Positions 24,314 through 36,283 of a DNA stretch of 64,000 nt are shown piece by piece (within the stretch, counting starts at the first letter, position 1; each line of letters opens with the position of its first letter). The notes under the pieces were generated by a model, which saw nothing but the letters and a program-made list of their open reading frames with translations, did no database searches and was not told the origin of the DNA. This stretch comes from Somniosus microcephalus (Eukaryota). The position numbers and the translations under genes are program-made. Where the stretch lies: assembly GCA_052327205.1 (NCBI GenBank), contig CM126219.1:29760001-29824000 (forward strand), in the 5' to 3' direction.

Positions 24314-27300
24314 AAAAAGCTAGTATCAGTAATAGTGGCCATGAAACTATCAGATTGTCGTAAAAACCTATCTGGTTCACCAGTGTCCTTTAGTGAAAGA
24401 AATCTGCCATCCTGACCTGGTCTGGCCGATATGTGACTCCAGACCCACAGCAATGTGATTGGCTCTTAACTGCCCTCGGAAATGGCCTAGCAAGCCACTC
24501 AGTTGTAACAAACCGCTACGAAACACAATAATAAGAATGAAACCGGATGGACCACCCGGCATCGACCTTGGCTACGGACATGACCACAGCACACCCAGCC
24601 CAGTCGACCCCGCAAAGTCCTCCTCACCAACATTTGGGGACTTGTGCCAAAATTGGGAAGCTGTTCCCACAGACTAGTTAAGCAACACCCTGACATAGTC
24701 ATACTCACAGAATCAAACCTTTCAGCCAATGTTCAAAACTCCTCCATCACCGTCCCTGGGCAAGTCCTTTCCCATCGGCAGGACAGACCCACCAGGGGTG
24801 GCGGCACAGTGGTATTCAGTCAGGAAGGAGTGGCCCTGGGAGTCCTCAATATTGACTCCAGACCCCACAAAGTCTCATGGCTTCAGGTCAAGCATGGGCA
24901 AGGAAACTTCCTGCTGATTACCACCTACTGCGATCCCTCAGCTGATGAATCAGTACTCCCCCATGTTGAATGCCACTTGGAAGAAGCACAGAGAGTAGCA
25001 AAGGCACAGAATGTACTCTGGGTGGGGGACTTCAATGTCCATCACCAAGAGTGGCTCGGTAGTGCAGGTAGACTATCCTTTATCCGAAAACCTCGGGACC
25101 AGCTGTGTTTCGGTTTTCAGAAAATTTCAGAAGGTATTTTATAAGACTGGGAAATTTGTCAGGGGTGGGTCGGCGGGGGGGGGGTCGTCGGGGTCGGCCT
25201 CGGCGGGGGTCCGCGGGGGGGGGGGGGTCGGGGTCGGTGGGGGGGTCCGCGGGGGGTCGTCGGCGGGGGTGGGGGTCGGGGTCGGTGGGGGGGTCCGCGG
25301 GGGGTCGTCGGCGGGGGTCGGGGTCGTGCGCACGACTTACGCTGACCCTCTGCTCAGCGTAAGTCATGCGCCACTCTGGTCATGCCGTGCGCACGACTTA
25401 CGCTGAACGAAAAAACCTTCGGTTTTTAGAGGGTTTCGGTTTTCGGAAGTTCGGATAAAAGGTAGTCTACCTGTACCACGATTGACTGAGCTGGCAGAGT
25501 CCAGAACGACATAACTGCCAGTCTCGGCCTGCGACAGGTGGTGAGAGGAACAACACGAGGGAAAAATCTACTTGATCTTGTCCTCCCCAATCTACCTGTC
25601 GCAGATACATCTGTCCATGACAGTATTGGTAGCAGTGACCACCGCACACTCATTGTGGAGACGAAGTCCCGTCTTCACACGGAGGACACCCTCCATCGTG
25701 TTGTGAGGCACTACTGCCATGCTAAATGGGATAGGTTCAGAACAGATCTAGCAGATCAAAAGTGGGCATCCGTGAGGTGCTGTGGGCCATCAGCAGTAGC
25801 AGAATTGTATTCCATCACAATCTGTAACCTCATGGCCCGGCATATTCCTTACCCTACCCGTTACCAACAAGCCAGGGGACCAACCCTGGTTCAATAAGAA
25901 GAGCATGGCAGGAGCAGCACCAGGCGTACCTAAAAATGCGGTACCAACCTGGGGAAGCTGCAACACAGGACTACATGCATGCTAAAAAAGCAGAAGCAGC
26001 ATGCTATAGACAGAGCTAAGCAATCCTACAATCAATGGATCAGATCAAAGCTCTGCAGTCCTGCCACATCCAGTCGTAAACGGGAGGAGGAGGCTCCATG
26101 AATATCCCCATCCTCAATGATGGTGGAACCCAGCATGTGAGTGCAAAAGACAAAGATGAAACATTTGCAACGATCTTCAGCCAGAAGTGCTGAGTGGATG
26201 ATTATCTCGGCCTCCTCTTGAGGTCCCCACGACCACAGAAGCCAGTCTTCAGCCAATTCTATTCACTCCACGTGATATCAAGAAATGGCTAAGCGCACTG
26301 GATACAGCAAAAGACTGTGGGCCTCGACAACATCCCGGCTGTTGTGCTGAAGACCTGTGCTCCAGAACTAGCCGCGTCTCTAGCCAAGCTGTTCCAGTAC
26401 AGCTACAACACTGGCATCTATCCGGCAATGTGGAAAACTGCCCAGGTATGTCCTGTCCACAAAAAGCAGGACAAATCTAATCTGGCCAATTACCGCCCTA
26501 CCAGTCTACTCTCAATCATCAGCAAAGTGACGGAAGGTGTCATCAACAGTGCTATCAAGCGGCACTTACTCACTAATAACATGCTCACTGATGCCCAGTT
26601 TGGGTTCCGCCACACCACTCTGCTCCAGACCACATTACAGCCTTGGTCCAAACATGGACAAAAGAGCTGAATTCCAGAGGCGAGGTGAGAGTGATTGCCC
26701 TTGACATCAAGGCAGCACTTGACCGAGTGCGACATCAAGGAGCCCTAAGTTAACGAGAATCAGGGGAAAAACTCTCCACTGGCTGGAGTCATACCTAGCA
26801 CAACGGAAGATGGTTGTGGTGATTGAAGGTCAACCATCACAGCCCCAGGACATCACTGCAGGAGTTCCTCAGGGCAGTGTCCTAGGCCCAACCATCTTCA
26901 ACTACTTCATCAATGACCTTCCCTCCATCATAAGTTCAGAAATGGGGATGTACGCTGATGATTGCATAATATTCAGTGCCATTCACAACTCCTCAGATAA
27001 TGAAGCAGTCCATGCCCGCATGCAGCAAGACCTGGATGACATTCAGGCTTGGCTGATAAGTGGCAGGTAACATTCATGCCACTCAAGTGCCAGGCAATGA
27101 CTATCTCCAACAAGCGAGAGTCTAACCACCGCCCTTTGACATTCAACAGCATTACCATCACCGAATCCCCCACCATCAACATCCTGGGGGTCACCATTGA
27201 CCAGAAACTTAACTGGACCAGCCACATAAATACCGCGGCAACAAGAGCAGGTCAGAGGCTAGGTATCCTGTGGTGAGTGTCTCACCTCCTGACTCCCCAA

Positions 27301-27858
27301 AGCCTTTCCACCATCTACAAGGCACAAGTAAGGAGTGTGATGGAATACTCTCCACTTGCCTGGATGAGTGCAGTTCCAACAAGACCCAAGAAGCTCAACC
27401 ATCCAGGACAAAGCAGCCCACTTGATTGGCACCCCATCCACCATCTTAAACATTCATTCCCTCCACCACCGGCGTACCCTGGCTGCAGTGTGTACCATCT
27501 ACAAGATGCACTGCAGCAACTTGCCAAGCCTTCTTCGGCAGCACCTCCCAAACCTGTGACCTCTACCACCTAGAAAGACAAGGGTTGTAGACGCATGGGA
27601 ACACCACCACCTCCAAGTTCCCCTCCAAGTCACACACCATCCTGACTTGGAAGTATATCATCGATCCTTCATCGTCGCTGGGTCAAAATCCTGGAACTCC
27701 CTACCTAACAGCACTGTGGGAGTACCTTCACCACACGGCCTGCAGCAGTTCAAGAAGGCAGCTCACCACCACCTTCTCAAGGGCAACTAGGGATGGGCAA
27801 TAAATGCTGGCCTTGCCAGCGATGCCTACAACCCATGAACGAATATTAAAAAAAAAAA
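24314..27858 (+). mobile_element. Near-full-length but decayed CR1-group (Zenon-like) LINE: 5' UTR, AP-endonuclease, RT, 3' UTR, poly(A)
   Basis: APE motifs PDIVILTES, GDFNVHH, LLDLVL and SDH; RT motifs YRPTSLLS, GVPQGSVLGP and YADD; C-terminal YKAQVRSVMEY; aataaa and an A-tail at 27848. Frameshifts and stops throughout; interrupted at 25065-25473. Confidence 0.88.
25065..25473. mobile_element. pogo/Tigger-like MITE, 409 bp, nested in the LINE endonuclease region
   Basis: TIRs CAGGTAGACTATCCTTTATCCGAA / TTCGGATAAAAGGTAGTCTACCTG. The right flank is TA and the left flank is TG (probably a mutated TA). Excision restores ggtagtaccac in the host. Confidence 0.88.
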
Positions 27859-28384
27859 TTGCATCGGTGTTGCATAAACCATTGCGATGTAATTGGTGGC
27901 ACTGTACATAAATGTGATGGGAAAATTAGAACCACAGGGTTTGAACATTATATAGTGAAACTGATCAGATAACCCAATTTTAAAACATTTTGATCCTATC
28001 AGAAATTTTAAGCTTTGATGTTAATGGATAGTTCATTAAAGAAAACATGTACTGAGGGCAAAGCTGACTCCCTATAGATTTATGGAACAGTCTAGGCCAG
28101 AGGTGCTGTTTCATGAGCATGTTGCTTCAGCACCGCTGCAATCAACTGACTATTGGATTAGCAAATTTAACTATCTTAAACAACAACAATTGGGTCTTTC
28201 CTTTGCATGTAGGCAGCCAAACACGGTGACCTTTGTGATAAGCACCAATTATATTTGCCATAAGCAAATTTTGTTTAACAAGCACATGTGTCTGAGCAGA
28301 TGTTGCCCAACCCCACAGAACCTTGTCAGCTGATTTTCTATCCAGGCCATTTAATATAAACCTGTTTTTAGAGCAGGGTCTATG

Positions 28385-29028
28385 CTTCATCAATGACCTT
28401 CCCTCCAACATAAGGTCAGAAATGGAGATGTTCGCTGATGATTGCACAGTGTTCAGTGCCATTCACAACTCCTCAGATAATGAAGCAGTCCATGCCCGCA
28501 TGCAACAAGACCTGGACGACGTTCAGGTTTGGGCTGATAAGTGGCAGGTAACATTCATGCCACACAAGTGCCAGGCAATGACCATCTCCAACAAGCGAGA
28601 GTCTAACCACTGCCCCTTGACATTCAACGGCATTACCATCACCGAATCCCCCACCATCAACATCCTGGGGTCACCACTGACCAGAAACTTAACTGGACCA
28701 GCCACATAAATACTGTGGCAACAAGAGCAGGTCAGAGGCTAGGTATTCTGCAGCGAGTGCCTCACCTCCCAACTCCCCAAAGCCTTTCCATCTACAAGGC
28801 ACAAGTAAGGAGTGTGATGGAATACTCTCCACTTGCCTGGGTGAGTGCAGCGCCAACAAGAATCAAAAAGCTCGACACCATCCAGGACAAAGCAGCCCGC
28901 TTGATTGGCACCCCATCCACCCCCTTAAACATTCACTCCCTCCACCACCAGCGCACCGTGGTTACAGTGTGTACCATCTGCAGCAACTCGCCAAGGCTTC
29001 TTCGGCAGCACCTCCCAAACCCGCGAGC
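28385..29028 (+). mobile_element. Internal RT fragment of the same Zenon-like LINE family
   Basis: Colinear with 26904-27556 (FINDLPS...FADD...YKAQVRSVMEY); lacks the 3' tail. Confidence 0.88.
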
Positions 29029-32000
29029 ATAAACGAAAAGAGTGTGTTCTGGGGTAATTAAGGAACATATTACTAATCTGGATCAGTGTATCCAAAATGA
29101 ATCAGGCATGAAAAAACCCCACAAGTTCACTACACCTTAAGCTACTCTAAAGTCACTTTTGATGCAGTGAATATTTGTTCATAAGGATTTACATTATGCT
29201 CCACAAATATTGTTAGTCAGTCGCTAAACAGCTATATGGCGATATAGAAATGAAAAACAGAAAGGTCTCAACTCTCCATAAATTTGTAGCCAAACTGATG
29301 CTGTACAACATTTATCTTCAAAACAAGAGTGCAACATTTATTTTCTTCTTACAATATTAAAGTATAAATTTGAAAATTTACAATTTATTTACAATAAAGT
29401 GGTTCCGCAGTCACATACACATCAACAATAGCAATCCAAATGTTAGTCCACCTGCCATTCCTGCCGGCTCCAAGGAGGGTATTGCGTTTTGGGATTTTTT
29501 TTGATCATTTGCCAATTAGGAATTACTTATATTGGAATGATTGCATTTAAATTGAAGTGAGTCTACAAAGGGTTAAAGTCTCGATTCCAGCCAAGGCTGG
29601 AACAAACAAATTGCGCAGTCAAGCCAGATAAACCAAAACTCTTGAAGCTACATTCCTTAAATCTGGAACATTGGGGTTGGGAGGGGGATTGTTATCTTGT
29701 CTCAAAGTCCCCGGCAAGCATCCACAACTAATGTTGGGATGACCCGATTAATTTCAGCAGGGGTCAGCTGCCAGCATAGTCTGGTGAGAAACTGCTCTTT
29801 CAAAGGGGTAGGGGGAGGTAGTAGGCTTAATTGGCAGTGCTACCGACCAATCCCGGACAGTTGGAGGGATAAGGAACCAAGCCCAACATCCTGTGCTCAG
29901 AAAGCAACAAAAAAAAATTAAATCACATGGTCAGTCAACTGCAACAAAAGGTTGAGATCTCTGGATCTTGCCTCGGGCTAGAATTAAGTCACGACTGATC
30001 GGTTTTTACAGTTAAGGGCTGAAAAACTCAAAAAAACAAGTATTTTGTCCACCATTCTTGTTAGCATAGTGTGTTGTTCGGTCTGTCACGGAAAGCATCA
30101 CAGAAGTAGTATAAAGTCTGGAAATGTTATCCTGTTCAGTAATGTGTTCTGGAAAGAAAAACAGTGTCTTGATTTTGCACTGACCTCGACTTGCAAGAGT
30201 GCTTATCAGTTCCGCCTACTGGAGGATCAAAGAAGTGCACCTGAGGGCACATGCTAAAGGCATGGTACCGTTTGCATGACGAAGGGGGTACACTGTAACA
30301 TCCTCGGTTATCCTATTGTACAATTTGAGTTGATACTGAATTAACCACGAAATGCTGGAGACATGAGGCTTGCTTTATAGCAGTGACTAATCCCAATGAA
30401 TGTAAAAGAGTGTCTAGAGAAGACCTGAAATTTGTCACAGAGGGTTATCTCAAACGTACAGAGATATTCCCAACCACCTTTCCTCTAACACTGGAGGAGG
30501 ACGGGAACCTTTATGCTTCTGATTGATGGATGTCAGATGCGTTTTTTGAATACGAGTTAGCAAAGCTGCTGTTGTCCAGATGGTCCATAAGGAGGGCAAT
30601 GTGGTGTATTTATAAACTCTTCGATGTGCATATGCCCTGTGTGCACAGGTGCATGTGGAAAATCTAAAAGGCTGTCCTCTTAGGACTAATAAATTAACTG
30701 CAAGCATCTTTGCAACTTTAAAATGCCACTCGATGAATAGAGAGCACAATGTCTGTTTAGTGCAGGGTAAAATGCACCACGTCAGTTCCCTTTCTTTCCC
30801 TCCCCAGAAACATGGTGCGCTGCTGCTGCTAGGTATCTGTCGTGCCCAGAAATATGTCGGAGAACTGACAAAATTACAAGTGTGTCTGGCAGATCCTCAA
30901 TGTCAAGCAATTCAGAAACTCAGATCCACAACCTGAGAACTGTGAAGCAAGCCTGTTAATTACCTTTTTTAATTAACAGTCATGACAGTCAAAATCAGAT
31001 TCCGCAACCTCACAAAGAATTTGTGCTGTTAGCACGTTTTAGATTTATTTTTATTAAAAGGGGTTCGATTTGAATTTCCTGGTCGAGTCCCCAATCGAGG
31101 GCCATAAATGGTTAATGGTGACCGTGCCATGACCTTACTCTGCACACAGAGGGCTTGAATTACCACTCTCATTTTAATAAGAGGCACTTCCAACAGGAAT
31201 TCCACTCCAATGCTGACTCCTTCAATGTCCAGACTCCCACTGGACCCAGAGAGATTTCTATCGAGCTGCAATAGAGTTTGTGTCCAATCCAGCCTTGGCC
31301 CCCTTCCCACTAATTCATTTTGCATGAACTGTCAAGGTTTTCAGTGACAGCTGTTCAGGTTCAATCTTAACCCTTTGAAGAGTATTGTAACATTTGTGCC
31401 TCAAAACAAATTATATTGTTACAGTTTAGTGTTTTTTTTAAAATAAAGTATTTAATCAGATAACCTGAAACAAGAAATGTTCTGTTGCTTCGTATGCATG
31501 TCTATTTCTTCATGTTATAAATTCAAAAGAACCTCGTACCGAATACTACAGTACTTCAAAATCAAGTACGCAACTCTAAACCTGATTGGTTAAATTTGAA
31601 ATGTTATCCCTTTTTCCAAAGTTGTTTAAATTTAACCCTGGTAATCAATTTATTGACAACCCCACTTTAAAAGTCCAAGTTGCGATTTGTGCACAAAATT
31701 AAAGTAGTTGCTCCCCGCTTGCTCTGTTAAATGCTGGGCGAGCGCAAAACAAAACCACATTATTGTTCTGATTTATGTACAATTACGAATGATTGTTCAT
31801 GTTGAAAACAGCAGGCATTTCCCCTGGGATTGGGAACCAACAGCAACGTTTTGGTGCAAGAGTGTCAGATGCGTTTCCTTTATAGCTAGGCGAAGAATAT
31901 AAAATATCTGCTTCTGCAACGGGTGACCACAAATTCTACAACATTCGAACTTCCTATTTCCCCACCCCCCAATATTCTTTACTTCCAGAGGTACGGCAAA

Positions 32001-33453
32001 CTATAAAGCACTGGGAGGGGGGCAGGGCATGGGGTGCACTGTTGGAATTTGGAGTGGGGAAGAGGGTAATGAAGGAGAATGCAACCCATGTCAAAAACAT
32101 TGTGGGAGGGAAGACACCCCCTCATCTCCCCCGCCCCTCCCACTCTTTGCATGTATGTCCCCTTCCTCTGGTTCCAACTCATTCTGGAATACACTTCCAT
32201 GAGCACGAATGAACTTAGCAACGAGTGTTGAGAAGCTATTCAACTATGGGGGGGGGGGGGGGGGGGGCATTTTTCTTCACATTTTATTCCATCAAGTTAA
32301 ATTAAAACACTAAAAGAGATTGCTCTAAATCTTTTTTTGTTTAAGACAGCAGGTGACATAAAAAAAACGGTTGAAGGCGCAGTTCTGAAAAAGACATAAC
32401 GAAGTAATCCCAAATCCCAAATGATTTAACTGCAATTTCAGAGGCCACCAGCTCTGTTCAATTGAATACACACATACTTACTGAAATGAGAAGTGATCCT
32501 TTGCACACCATGCTGTCGCAGAAGTTAGTGCAGAAATACTATCACTAGGTGTAACAAAGTAGTTTTTGAAGACTAAGTTGTGGCTGGGAAGAACAAGCTC
32601 ATGCTGCAGAGAGGGGAGACTTGGTTCTGGAATGGTTGATTCACTGCTCTGGCATTTATGCATCCAATTCAGTTCCTTTTGTCTCTGTGCCGAGTCTCGT
32701 AAACCCTCTTGCTGACAGATTAAAGATCCCAGGAGTCTGAGCAGAACACACAGTAATGAAAGGAGTGGTATAATGAGGAATTAATGGGCTCTAGCGCCTA
32801 TTCCCCCATGACAGTGTAAAAATAAATCTCAAATTAAAAACAAATGAATTATTCGAAATTTACAAAGAAATAAGACGCAGCGGGTAGTCGTATTAAGCAA
32901 TGCTAATAAATAAAGGGGTACAGCAAAAGTACCAGCCTATTTTAAGACCAGTAGACTATTTGCATTTATTCAATGGATATAGAATTAGTGAAAATGTGTT
33001 TTTTCCCCCCATTCTTTGAGGAATAAAGGACTCTTTTCGTTTCTTGACAGGCAACATACTTTGCATTACATTATTTATTAACAATGTCCTGAAACGTGTG
33101 TTGTCCAATGTTACATATAATGAAGTGCAGAATGCAAAGAATAGGTCGCTGTATATAGTGCAGGGAAAAGAATAAAAGGGAAACTCAAGACGGTTCATCC
33201 TAGGATAGCAGTGCTCAAACAGAAACCGACTCTTCACTTTAGCAGCGAGCTGTGATTGTGGAGCCAATTGGATGCCTGCACTTTTCACTGCCTGACAACT
33301 GCTCTTGGAACCCAGGAAACATCAAGTCTTAGAAGCCAGTGAGGCCTCTTTAAATGGTCGGGTGCTATCGACGGTGAGAGTACCATTCTCCTGCAGGCCA
33401 ACAGCACAAATATACCATTTTTTGTGAGCAATGGTGGAGAACAGCAACACTTT

Positions 33454-34124
33454 GGGGGAAAAATTCAGTTGTTTGCACCTCCCGTTAGCACCTTAAGAGG
33501 GCGCTAATGGGGTGCAAAGCAACTAGCACCCGGGCGCGGCGGTTTGCGCCGCTCGCGAAATTAACTAGACATTTTGCAGTGGCGCTAAACACTACCGCCA
33601 CGATCTCCTGCGCCGGCAGATTGTGATGTCAGTCGAGTGTGCAACGCCCCGTTAGCGCCCCGGACCGGATATTGAGTGGCGCCCCCTGCCTTACCGCCTG
33701 CCGCTAGCAACGACAGGTTGAGGGGAGCGTTATGCTGTCAGAAAGGGACTAGGGGAGCGCTATTTAAAGGCGACCGCTTCCTGCCTTTTTTTGTCGGTGA
33801 CATTTTTGCACCACGCATTCTGAGAGACACACACACTTCTGGAGAGATTCAACGCTGTGTGAAGGAGTTTTGAGTACTGAGCAGCACTTTGCAGGTTTAT
33901 TTTGATTTGCCCTTCCCTGCTTCGCCAGCGCTCTGAGGTAGCGCCTCGCTCCTCGGCCTTTGCGCCTTAAGACAGGTGTGAAGCGCCTGATTTAGCGCTC
34001 CAATCACCTCCAGGGGCCATGAAAGCCAAGTTTGCTGTCGGAGGCGATAATTAGCGCCAGGCGCTAAACTTTGCGCACGGCCGATAATGGCGCCCCAAAT
34101 GGGGCGATACTGAATTTTCCCCCC
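33454..34124. mobile_element. CpG-rich non-autonomous DNA transposon, ~670 bp, 3-bp TSD (PIF/Harbinger-like)
   Basis: TTT|GGGGGAAAAATTCAGT ... ACTGAATTTTCCCCCC|TTT; near-identical inverted copy at 50680-51351. Confidence 0.85.
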
Positions 34125-36025
34125 TTTATGTTTAATATAGATAGAGCGAGAGAGATAGATAGATATACACACATTAAAAATCTTACAACTGTGTGCATTT
34201 CCTGTCTACTTTTTACATTATAAATTCCTATGTTAGTTAGAATGGAAACTGCCTCTGTAACCTCGTCATACTGTAATCACACCCTCTTGCCAGTGGTAGT
34301 ATTGCAGCACCTCAGTTTTGCATCTCCCAACTCCTCAGCCTGTTCTGTAGACAAGCTCTTATGATGCAGTTCTTCCTAAGTTGCCATATATTTTGATATT
34401 AAACTATAAATGTATTATATAAGAGAGAGTCAGGTTTAAATATAGGACTTTAAAATTGTGGCTGAATCGTATCTGGGTACTCTGTTCCAATGATCCCCCT
34501 TCCCTTTTACCGTGCTTCACCTGAAGATCACACTTGGTCTGGACTTCCCATGTGCAATTCCACTGGAGATCCAACAGCGCAGAAATAAAAAGACTTGCAA
34601 GGACATTTTGTAATTAGAGCGGAAAATCAGGAGCAGCAAAAACAGAGACAGACCTGGAATTTTGTTACAATGGAATTTACGTGAAACTGAAAATGGTGAT
34701 TTCTTTGATTTGCAAAATATAATTTTTTTAAAAAAGTTACATGTTGTTACGTGGGAAATTCAAGATTTGTGGGCTTAAAATCGGTTTCCTTTTCTGGCTT
34801 AGTGTTGCGTGTTGACAAACCTTAGCCATGAACAGCCTGCTGATAGAAGCTTCCAGGGCCTGTTGACATTTTAACTCAGCGAGCCAGGCTTTTATCAAAG
34901 CTTATTTTGATAACTCAGAATTTCATATCCAAAATAGAACAAATGGATCACCTCTCCCACCACACAGCTCACAGGCCGCAAACCATTATAGACATTCTAC
35001 TCCTGATGATTCAAAATTGTTTTTTGTGCTTAAAAAAATAGAATTATCTAGCAATTCAAAATAAGCAACATAAAACAAACACAACAAAGTGGGAAGTTAG
35101 TGCTAAAAATCAGATCATTTAAATTAAGTGATTCGGAATTAAGAACGTTGTAATGTAATGCTTATTTTTTTTGAAAGTTGGGCCTCAAAATACAGTTAAT
35201 TGCCACCATTTTCATGCATTTTGCTCACTATCTCCGACTCGAAAACTAGAATGTCTTGACAGTACGTTTTCATGAGCTGCAGTGAATTACAACCTACAAA
35301 AGAACATCCCACCACTAAAGATTTTGTTTCTTAAGTCTCAATTGGTTCAGTTAATCTTCAAATTTTAAGAACAATCCTGCAACAAAACTCCATTCGTAGA
35401 GCATGATCTTAGGTGTTGTCTGCAACAGGTGTCACTTCCAGCATTGCTCTTGCAAAGGCTTCAAGAGCTTTGAATGTGTAACCTACATGGAATACAATTT
35501 CTTGCATTTCATTCTGATGTCTCTGATATGCTCATACTCCATGCAAGTTTGTTCCAACAACCACTTGTTCAAGCCTCTAGTCAGCTTTTCTATTTATCAG
35601 ATTCATGCATTTTTTATGCCTGACAAGTTTTTTCATGCAGTATGTCCATAAAATTAAGTTTAGCAAACATACTTAATTCTGGAATATACAACTCTTCTGT
35701 CTGTTTACCTTTGGAAGCAACCTCTTGCAACAGATCAACTCTTTAGTGACCTGATAAAACAATACAAAATTATGTTAACAGCCCATTTGAAAAAAAATCT
35801 TTACTTGAAAAATGGGACAATGTTACAAAGCTTCACTTAGCATGACATGGTATGATAGTACAATGCCAGTATTTAGTGCCTGCTGTTTCAAAACTGCAAA
35901 CATCAGGAGTGCCATGACAACAACAAGTAACTGCGTTTATACAGAGCCTTTGATGTAGAAACATGTCTCGGGGCGCTTCGCAGGGGTGTAATCAAAAAAA
36001 AAAGACACCAAGCCAAAAAAAGATA

Positions 36026-36190
36026 TTTTTTTTTATTCATTGATGGGATGTGGGTGTCACTGGCTAGGCCTGCATTTAGTGCCCATCCCTAATTGCCCTT
36101 GAGAAGGTGGTGGTGAACCGCTTTCTTGAACCGCTGCAGTCCATATGGTGTAGGTACACCCACAATGCTGTTAGGAAGGGAGTTCCAGGA
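36026..36190 (-). mobile_element. Zenon-like LINE 3' tail fragment with poly(A)
   Basis: Reverse complement of 27688-27858 (gcccatccctaattgcccttgagaaggtggtggtga...); T-run at 36026. Confidence 0.85.
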
Positions 36191-36283
36191 TTAGGAGGGG
36201 TGGGTTTGAAGGAGGGGCTTAAAAGAGAGGCAGAGGCGTTTAGGGAGGAAATTCCAAAGCCTGGAGCCTAGGTGGCTGCAGGA

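Noticed and set aside
25011-25406. Gly-rich and Pro-rich ORFs
   Set aside because: These are translations of the low-complexity G-rich MITE core, which is open in several frames because of its composition.
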